Source of the DNA: Octopus vulgaris
Taxonomy: Eukaryota
Reading direction: 5' to 3'
Assembly (NCBI GenBank): GCA_951406725.2
Contig: OX597817.1
Coordinates: forward strand, 1,922,001 to 1,986,000
DNA: 64,000 nucleotides
In this document: positions 55,180 through 64,000 of the stretch, in pieces
Numbering within the stretch: the first letter of the stretch is position 1
Layout: the number at the start of each line of letters is the position of its first letter
Notes under the pieces: generated by a model
Database searches by the model: none
What the model saw: only the letters and a program-made list of their open reading frames with translations
What the model was told of the DNA's origin: nothing
Position numbers and translations under genes: made by a program

Positions 55180-56305
55180 AAGCAAAAATGCTATTTCTAA
55201 AATCTCTCTAAGGGATCAACGCAGTAGTTGTACTATCAAGTAATATTCAGAGACACTTCAGCATGGCTGTCTGTTTGAACAGACTCTACTGCAGTTTTTT
55301 AACCCCAAGAGGACATCACTTCTACCTGATTAACGATGAAGAGATGCATCCCATAAATTGCGAGCAGGGGAGTGAATCCCTACCTGCTTCCAGTGATGGG
55401 ACCAGCAGACCAGTTCTGGTTTCGGGCTATTTCTGCCGCTCTTCAGGATTGGACACCTCGTTGGCTAGAGATGGCAGTAGCTCGCCACTGCTTGCAATAT
55501 ATATCATCATCATCATCATCATTTAGCGTCTGCTTTCCATTCTAGCATGGGTTGGCTGGTTCAACTGGGGTCTGTGAAGCCAGAAGGCTGCATCAGGCCC
55601 AGTCTGATCTGGCAGTGTTTCTACGGCTGGATGCCCTTCCTAATGCCAACCACTCCGTGAGTGTAGTGGGTGCCTTTTACGTGCCACCGGCACAGGTGCC
55701 AGACGGAGCTGGCAAACGGCCATGAACGGATGGTGCTTTTTACGTGCCACCAGCACGGGGGCCAGGCGAAGCTGGCAACCGGACTAGCTGGCAACCGGAG
55801 GCTAGTCGGGGCAGCATATATATCCACTTCAACATGGATGTTCATCTTTTACCCCAAGAGGACATCTCTAGTTGGTTAATGATGCTGAGCTGAATCCGGT
55901 AAATTGCAAAGAGGGGGTCAAAAAATCACAGTAGAGTCCATTTGAATGGACAGCCACGTTGAAGTGTCTCTGAATATTACTTGTCAGTACAACTACTGCG
56001 TTGATCTCCTAGAGAGATTTTAGAACCAGCATTTTTGCTTGTTGCAAAATCAGTGACTGTGTTCACTTGAAATATATATATATATCTGTATATGTTGCAA
56101 GCAGAGGCAAGCTACTGCCATTTCTAGTACGAGGTGTCCAGGACTGGTCTGCTGGTCCTGTCGTTAGAAGGTGGTAAGGGTTTGCTCCCCTACTTGCAAT
56201 TTATCAGATGCTGCTCTGTGTTTTTAATCAGCTAGAGGAGATGCCCTCTTGGGGTTAAAAAGATTGCAGTTGAATCCCTTCGGCTAGACAGCCATGTTGA
56301 AGTGG
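55180..56305. repeat. Cluster of four partial copies (two direct, two inverted) of one non-coding element
   Basis: Approximate copies 55180-55498 (+), 55822-55915 (+), 55916-56040 (-) and 56093-56305 (-). They share segments such as gatcaacgcagtagttgtact, cacttcagcatggctgtc, accccaagagg and ggcagtagct. Confidence 0.75.
55402..55452 (-). ncRNA. Hammerhead ribozyme motif (intact core, weak stem I)
   Basis: Minus strand: ccaatc-CTGAAGA-G(C)GGC-agaaata-GCCC-GAA-ACCAG-aa-CTGGT-C-tgctgg, with a GUC triplet. Confidence 0.65.
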
Positions 56306-56375
56306 CTATTGAATAATACATATATAATTATGGTAAATGTAAACAAAGTTTGCTTTTAGAAGTGTTGAGATGTAA

Positions 56376-56734
56376 GATTCAGATAAGGAAATGATTTATT
56401 CTCAAATGCTGAATAATGCTGATAGAACAGCAGGAACCGGATAAAGTATCCATATTTCGTGGAAAAATTTGTCAGCAGCCAGCTATAAGACTCGAACTCG
56501 CATCCCTGTGATTACCAGTCAAGTGCTTATAAGCTAGATTTATAAGTTCAAAAAGAGCAGATTAATCTGTCAGTGGGCAGTTTGGCTTAATTGGTAAAGC
56601 ACTTGACCGCTAGTTCAAGTCTCATGGCTGGCTTCTGACAAATTTTTCTGCAAAATATGGAGACTTTATCCCATTCCTGCTGTTCTAACAGCATTATTCT
56701 GCATTTGAGAATAAATTATTTCCTTATCTGTATC
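56376..56734. repeat. Foldback made of two outward-facing tRNA-like SINE copies
   Basis: gattcagataaggaaatgatttattctcaaatgc...tttgtcag is mirrored by ctgacaaattt...gcatttgagaataaattatttccttatctgtatc. A-box-like tggcttaattgg and B-box-like gttcgagtc lie at the inner ends. Confidence 0.8.
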
Positions 56735-57964
56735 ATATATATAATATATAATATAATGAAATTATTGTATACAGTGCTCAGGTGCACCACAACTTGTCAG
56801 AAAGTGCATATAAAGCATATGCAGTAATGTACAAATGTCTGGAAAGCGAACAATGTATGAGTCAGATACATGCTTGTGTGTGTATGGAGGGGAGAAAATC
56901 AGGTGTAGTGTTGGTGAATCTCAGAAAGCATGGAAGTGCTCCGACAACTAAAAACTATATAATTATAAATGTGAAGATTTAAAAATAAATTGTATTTAAG
57001 ACAGTTACAAGAATGAATCTATGTGTAATTAGCATTGCCATCCTTTGGAATGTGAGTGGTACAAAATTCAAGTTGCATTAAGTGACCACTTAAAAATCTG
57101 TCCAAGACTAATGGTAGTAAGTGTTTTATATGTAAATCTTGCCATTAAACAATCTCGCTCTCTCTACTACATTCTCATTCAGTTGAGGGGTTTTTATGTT
57201 GTGTTAGTTACATAACAAACAACCTCACAAGTTCTAATGTCAAGGAAAAAGAAACAGCCAGTACAGTAAAATGGTTGGCATGAGGAAGGACATCCAGTCA
57301 TAGAAACCAGATCTAAGTAGACATGGAGCTTTATGCCGTACTCTGGCTCATTGGATTCTGTTGAAACATTCAGCCTGTGACAACATGGAAGACAAACCTT
57401 ATATGGTAATGATGACCACCACCACATGCATGCACACTTTGTATGGCATTATATTAGTTGAATTCTTAGTGTCAGATAAAACGTTTTCTGGTGTTTGTCT
57501 TAGTGTCTGCGCTCTGAGTTTGGGTCCTCCCTAAGCTGGTTTTGGATCAAATTCCCTGTCCATGGCAGTGGATATCTCTTTTGGCTCTGTGACACTTCAT
57601 CACCAACATTTTTACCTCTCTACAGCTTCTCCCACTACCCACACCTATATAATGCAGAATAACCATGTAGCTTCTCTATAGCAAGGCACCTATTTCGGTC
57701 TCTCTATCATATTGTAGTCTCTCAACACCAGACATAAAGCCATCAACCTCTCTACAACTCTCCCACTCAGTCAAAAGGACTTCTTTTTGTCTTGGAAATT
57801 ACTTCACTAGTGCTGGTGCCATGGAAAAACAAGGCACTTGGCACACTCTGTGAAGTTGTTGGAACTCTCAAACCCATGTCAGCATGGAAGACAAATGTTA
57901 AAAACGATGATACACATACACACATATCTGTAAATATAATATCTGGCAATTATTTGGTAGCCAT

Positions 57965-58025
57965 GATAAAACTCTGAGTTTTGGATGTCGTGGCGGAAAC
58001 CCACGCCGGCATCTCATCAGTTATC
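57965..58025 (-). ncRNA. Decayed hammerhead ribozyme motif
   Basis: Minus strand: GATAA-CTGATGA-GATG..CGTGG..CCACG..CATC-cAAA-ACTC-a-GAGT-T-TTATC. All three stems are present but the G of GAAA is lost. Confidence 0.6.
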
Positions 58026-58111
58026 GGGCCATCAAAAAAAATGCTATGAAAATGCTCTATTTACATAATATCGAGGTCTCTTTCATTCTTTTGTTGTCTT
58101 ATCATTTCTAT

Positions 58112-58164
<53 letters not shown>

Positions 58165-58396
58165 AGAAAGTAGCAACAAGAATGGATTAGTTTTTAGTAC
58201 AATTGTTTCATACAAAGACAGGCTTTATTACAAGTTGCAAAAATTGCAGCAGATAAAAGTGTCCCGTACTCATCAGCTAAAATACATTTGAGTTCGGGAC
58301 ACTTTTATCTGCTGCAATTTTTGCAACTTGTAATAAAGCCTGTCTTTGTATGAAACAATTGTACTAAAAACCAATCCATTCTTGTTGCTTCTTTCT
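58165..58396. repeat. Near-perfect 108-bp inverted repeat with a 16-nt spacer
   Basis: Arms 58165-58272 and 58289-58396, 3 mismatches by eye. Confidence 0.95.
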
Positions 58397-58520
58397 CGTT
58401 TATAATCACCCCACATTACTGTATGGATAACACCATATAGTTTTTCTGGTGCATCTAAGTTAAGTACCACATTCAAGTAAATTCATTGGAAGTTACTTGA
58501 ATCTTAATTGCTTTGATTGA

Positions 58521-58563
<43 letters not shown>

Positions 58564-59083
58564 CTCGCTATCTGTCTCTCTCTCCTTCTCATCTCTCTCT
58601 CTATATATAAATATAGTTGCAGTGGTAGTGTGGCAGAGTGATAATGATAATAGTAGTGGTGGTCAACAGTGGTGAAATTATTAATAGTTGTAGTAGTGGC
58701 AGTAGTAATAATAATAAAAGTGAGCATAATAATGGAGTTATGAAGAGATTTATTTCATTTTTTTTTTTTACACTTCTTATGATAATAATAATAATGATAA
58801 TGAAATTATTGTATACAGTGCTCAGGTGCACCACAACTTGTCAGAAAGTGCGTATAAAGCATATGCAGTAATGTACAAATGACTGGAAAGCGAACAATGT
58901 ATGAGTCAGATACATGCTTGTGTGTGTATGGAGGGGAGAAAATCAGGTGTAGTGTTGGCGAATCTCAGAAAGCATGGAAGTTTTGAAGTATGCAGTGCAA
59001 CATTGTAGTTGTTCCTTTGTTATTTTTCTTTCTGTTTGCAAACTGACCTTATGATTTTATAAACAAATTTTGTTTGACTTCAG

Positions 59084-59170
59084 ATCATTGTTGATATGCG
59101 TGAATTTCGCAGTGAACTACCTTCATTGTTGCATCGACGAGGTATTCATATAGAACCTATTACGTTAGAG
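59084..59170 (+). CDS. ERCC4: XPF coding exon 18 (start of the ERCC4 nuclease domain); the gene continues beyond the window
   Basis: [29 protein letters not shown] |gtaag; cf. human [29 protein letters not shown]. Confidence 0.97.
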
Positions 59171-60053
59171 GTAAGCACGCTGGTTTCAATGGATTTCTGG
59201 CATGTTCTAAAAATAATTGACAGGTGTGATCTTAAGACTCACGTAAACACCTACCTGTAACACCCACAAAAAGCTTAACATTATTTCAAATAAATGAAAA
59301 TATTTTTGGTACTGCTTATTCTTTTTTTTTAATATTTACTTTCTTTACTGTTTTAGTTGTTTTTTTATCTTCATTTCATCATTATCAAACGTCTGTTTTC
59401 CATGCTGGCATGGGTTGGATGGTTTGACTAAAAACTGGTAGGCTGGGGAGCTGCACCAGGTTTCAATCTGATTTGGCAGGGTTTCTACAGCTGGATGCCT
59501 TTCTTAACACCAACCACTCCGAGAGTGTAGTGGGCTCTTTTTACATGCCACTGGCACGGGTGCTCTCTTGAAGAAATCTCTTTTCCTTCTTTTTAAGTAT
59601 AATAAGTATGGCTGTATGATTATGTTCACTTTACAACTGTATATTTTTGGGTTGCACCCTACTGCATGGCACTTTAAACAGGTGTCTTCTACTATAGTCC
59701 CAGGTCAACCAATGCCTTTTGAATGAATGTGGTAGACAGAAACTGTGCAGAAGGCTGTCTGTCTGTCTCTCTCACACACAGTTTGTGTCTGTGTGTATAT
59801 ATATATGTGTATGTATGTATGTATATATATGTGTATGTATGTATGTATATATATATGTGTATGTATGTATGTATATATATATGTATGTATGTATGTATAT
59901 ATATATATGTATGTATGTATGTATATATAGGCACAGATGTGGCTGTGTGGTAAGAAGCTTGCTTCTTAACCACAGGGTTCTGGGTATATGCTACATCACC
60001 AAGCTGACCAAAGCTTTGTGGGTTCGTAAACAGAAACTGAAAGAAGCCTGTCA

Positions 60054-60114
<61 letters not shown>

Positions 60115-60329
60115 GTGTGTCTGTGTTTGTACCCCCAACATTGCTTGACAACCGATGCTGGTGTGTTTCCGTACCCATAACTTAGCAGTTCGGCAATAGA
60201 AACTGATAGAATAAGCACTAGGCTTACAAAGAATAAGCCCTGGGGTTGATTTGCTCGACTAAAGGCAGTGCTCCAGTATGGCTGCAGTCAAATGACCGAA
60301 ACAAATAAAATTCTCGCCACATGCCCATA

Positions 60330-60950
60330 CCTGCGCAGTCGTCTCTCCTGATGTGGTGTGCAAGAGAGACAACTGTGCTGGTATAGGCATGTGGCAAGAA
60401 TAGATGAGGATAGCTGTGTGAAAAAGTGCTCCAACCTAGCAGTTGAGGGAATCTATGGAAGAGGTAGACCCAGGATGAAGACCTGGGATGAACTGGCGAA
60501 GCACGACCTTCGAACATTAGACCTCACTGAAGCAATGACTAGTGACCAAGACTTTTGGAAGTATGCTGTGCTTGAGAAGACCCGGTGAGCCAAGTGAGAC
60601 CATAACTCATGGCCTATGCCAGGGGTGTAACCAGCCCACTTATGCGTACTTTTTCCTCCTTTGGACACTAAACTCTGCTTGCGAAGACCTGTTGAGGCAA
60701 GTGAAATTGAAATCAAAATCAAATTCGATGACTGGCATCCGTGATAGTGGATTGCTAAGAGCACCATCTGAGTGTAATCGTTGCCAGAGCAGCTAACTGG
60801 CTTCCGTGCCGGTGGCACATAAAAAGCATCATTCGAGTGTGATTGTTACCTTACTGGCACGTGAAAAAACATTCAAGCGATGTTGTTGCCAGTATTGCCT
60901 GACTGGCCCTCGTGCTGGTGGCATGTAAAAGCACCCACTACACTCTTAGT
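60330..60950 (+). mobile_element. RTE-clade LINE 3' fragment (ORF C-terminus plus 3' UTR)
   Basis: QERQLCWYRHVARIDEDSCVKKC..LAVEG..GRGRPRMKTWDE matches the RTE pattern RLRWYGHV.R...G.R.RGRP..TW. Confidence 0.8.
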
Positions 60951-61049
60951 AATTTTTCTAAATGGTATAATTTAATTTTTCATTATTGAATTCATAAAAG
61001 GTGGGTTTTTTTTCTAATTTATATATATGTATATATATATATATATATA

Positions 61050-64000
61050 AAAAGGAAATGAAGAAAATGCTGACAAAATAATTTAAGTATGGGAGAGTGT
61101 ATTTAATTAGGTGAAAGTTCTTTTTACCGGTTGCGCATTTGTTATGCTTATCAAAAGATATTTTTTTAAGAGAGATAGAGTTCCTTTTTGATAGATTTTT
61201 TTCTCTTATCTGACTTTATGTTGGGTTTGCTGTCTCTTATATGTGAAAAAAGAGGCTCCAGAGTTGTTTAAGATTTGCTTGGTTTCGCGCCTAAAATTTC
61301 TTGTGGACAATGGTCAATACAATTTTGATTGGTCATTATAAAGGGGTCACGTGAATGTTTGAATGGAAGTTGGTGTTGGGGTAAGAAAATAGGCTCCAGA
61401 GATGTTAAAATTTGGCTAGTGTCGCGCCTAAAATCTCTTATTGGTCATAATAAAGAGGTCACGTGGATGTGGTCATAATAGAGAGGTCACATGAATGTTG
61501 ATGTGGGTGGTGTATGGAGTTTTCGAAAAATAGCGTTGTTGAAAATTCTTATTGTTCAGGCTGGTCAGTAAACGTCATGTGGATATTTTAAATAACTTTT
61601 TAGTGCGTAGTTAAGGAGTGTATTTGCCGCTTGACTGAATTTGAGCTGGATAAGTAAGTTCGTTTAGGACAGGAAGAGCTATATGTATGTATGTATGTGC
61701 GCACGCGTGCGCGTGTGTGAGTTTATATGTATGTTGGGGCGCGCGCACCTGTATATATGTGTGCGTGTGGGTACAATTTTCAATATTTATAGTTCTGCTG
61801 GCCTTGTGCCTGTATCGGGAAGCAACGTGTTTGTGTGAAGTCAATATTTACAGTCATTTCCAAAAAATAGTGTTGGATGTTTTGCACCCGTATCAAATTA
61901 TGTGTATGTGTGGAACCATATATTTGCGTGTGTCATGGTGTTAATATCTGGGTAAAAGTGTGTGTAGGGTGTGTGCAGGTGTAAGTGTGTTTGTTGTGGG
62001 TTCGTGTTAGGGGGATGTGTTTAGAAGTGGTCTGTATTTATTAATAAGGTGGGATTCGCTGGGTATGAGTGGCATTGTCTTTAAATTTGTAGAGGGGAAA
62101 GATTCTAAAATTGGGATAAGTTGTGTGGCACAGGTATCAATATGTGCACTAAGTGCTATTTTTCTGTATTCCTGTATTTTTATTTGGGATCTGTGGACAG
62201 TCATGCGTTGGCAGAGGCTATTTTTAGTTTGGCCTATGTAGTGTTCATTACAGCCCGAGCAAGTTAAGACATATACTAGGTTTTCTGATGCGCATGTGAA
62301 GTTGTGTTTTACTGTGAAACGTTGTCCTTGTTTAAAACGGAATTCTGGACCTTCTATTAGGTTGATGCATATACCACAGTTGGGTCTATTGCATTTGTTT
62401 ACTGTGGGTTTAGTTGTTGTGGTTGGCAGTACTTTGGCATTTGTTAGGATGGTTTTCAATGATTTGGGTTGCCTTTTGCTCTTTATTATTTCGTGTGTTA
62501 GGAGGATTTGGTTCATTCTATGGTCCTTTTTTAATACAGGAATGTTCTGGAGGATGGTGTCAAAAGCTTCATTGTTGAGGGGGTTGTGTGTAGAGATGTA
62601 TGGTAGAGTATGGGGTTTCGATGTAACAGGTTTAGGGCGTCTAAGTTCCTGTGTGCTGAGTTTTAGGGCACGTTGGATCCCATTGTCAATTAGTGACATG
62701 GGGTAATCCCTGCTTGTTAATGTGTCCTTAAGTTCTTGTAGACGTAAGAGACGGGTGGTTTTATTGGAGACTATAGTGCAAATTCTTTTGGCTAAGTTGT
62801 AGGGAATGTTAATTTTAACGTGTCTAGGGTGAATTGAAAGGGAGGTATTGCTTGGAGTCTGTGGGCTTGTAGTATACGTCTGTTTCTATTTTTTTGTTGT
62901 GAATTTTAATGAGGATGTCGAGGAAGGGAATTTGTTGAGGGCTGTATTCCATTGTGAAAATAATGTTTGTGTTGAGCCCATTTATAAGGGTGTGAAATTC
63001 TTTAAGCTTCTCGATGGTTTCGGGCCAAAGGATGAAGCAGTCATCAAGATATCTCTTCCAGTTCTTCTCTATGTGTGTGTGGAGAGTGGTGCCAAATTGG
63101 TTAAGAACGTTATTATAGAGGGTGATTTCCAGGTATCCCATGACCAGGTTGGCGTAAGTGGGAGCTGTTTTCGTTCTCATTGCCGTCCCTGATTTCTGTC
63201 TGTAGAATTTGTTGTTGAAGGTGAAGAAATTATTCTCTAAGATGAATTTGAGTCCTAAAATAAATTCCTTTTTGATGCAGTGTGGGAGTTCGTTGGAGTA
63301 ATTATCCTGCCAGAATTGGATAGCTTCTATTCCTAGGTTGTGGGGGATGTTGGAGTAAAGATTAACTACATCGAATGTTACTAGCAGGGTTTGTTCAGCA
63401 AGAAGTGTATTGGGGAGGTGGTTGAGCATATCTAGATCGTCCCTTATGTAGCTTTTAATGTGTTTGAGGAAGGGCTTGAGAAGGGTATCAATGAAGTTGC
63501 TAAGGCGGTGGGTTTCGCAAGCGGGACCTGCTATTATAGGTCTCAATTTGAGGTCATTTCGTGAGGGGACTTTGATTATAGAGTTTGTGGCTTCCTTGCA
63601 TGCCTTACTTATTAATTCGCTTTTATGAATTTTGGGAATACCGTAGAAGAGGCTGGTTTTACTAGTGAAATTTGTGATGAAGTTGAATTCTTTGTTAGTG
63701 AGTTCTTCTTTGTGGGGGTTGATCAGGGTTTTTAAGTTTCTCATAATTTTCTGTTGATTGTAGTGTTCAGCCTTTTCGTAATATGTTCCATTTTCCAAGG
63801 TGGAGAGTGCTAAGTTGATATAGTATTCTGTCTCCATTAAAACTACTGCACTTCCTTTATCGGCCTCTTTAATGGTGATAGATCTTTCATTTTTTAATTT
63901 GTTTAATTCTTCCCACTCTTTCTTGTTGAGGTTTGGTTTGGGTTTTGGTTTGTGTAAGTGTTGGTAGGGGAAGTTTGTAATGTGCTCACAGAATTCGTCT
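61050..64000 (-). mobile_element. Penelope-like retroelement (probably Neptune group), antisense in ERCC4 intron 18, truncated by the window edge
   Basis: RT plus GIY-YIG coding region at 62007-64000. The 3' non-coding region has internal duplications (aggctccagag..tcgcgcctaaaat..ggtcacgtg twice in 61250-61500) and a decayed hammerhead-like motif near 61118-61160. Confidence 0.92.
62007..64000 (-). pseudogene. PLE reverse transcriptase + GIY-YIG endonuclease polyprotein, frameshifted
   Basis: The frame is open from the window edge: NLNKKEWEELNKLK..ITIKEADKGSAVVLM, FYGIPKIHK, LRPII, TFDVVNLYSNIP, QKSGTAMRTK, RYLDDCF, FTME, IPFLDILI, YYKPTD. After a frameshift near 62830 it continues PRHVKINIPYNLAKRIC...KCNRPNCGIC...NLVYVLTCSGCNEHYIGQT..L..R..HRS. 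Confidence 0.93.

Noticed and set aside
62017-63192. Plus-strand ORFs of 74-136 aa
   Set aside because: They are antisense shadows of the PLE coding region.
59171-64000. Next ERCC4 exon (VGDYIL...ERKS)
   Set aside because: Not found in the window; presumed to lie downstream of the PLE.

Overview
AT-rich, repeat-dense eukaryotic (animal) DNA; the SINE and microsatellite content suggests an octopus genome (inference). The only host gene I can support is ERCC4/XPF (DNA repair endonuclease) on the + strand. I traced 18 coding exons by hand from ATG 28039 to 59170 (659 codons, all splice phases compatible, one GC-AG intron); the exons with the nuclease GDY/ERK motifs lie beyond the window. Most of the rest is mobile DNA: mariner and pogo remnants and MITEs, two Helitron derivatives, several tRNA-SINE and RTE/CR1 tail families, a decayed YRDD-type Penelope-like element (PLE) at about 14.9-16.5 kb, and a nearly intact RT+GIY-YIG PLE at 61-64 kb (minus strand, inside an ERCC4 intron). 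The most interesting signal is a scattered set of minimal type I hammerhead ribozyme motifs (three with intact catalytic cores, several decayed) in short, mutually different non-coding elements. Other notable structures are long intronic foldbacks, SINE multimers with a fixed junction, and CpG decay inside the gene body. Nearly all ORFs in the supplied track are microsatellite or TE artefacts. All comparisons were made by eye, with no database searches.
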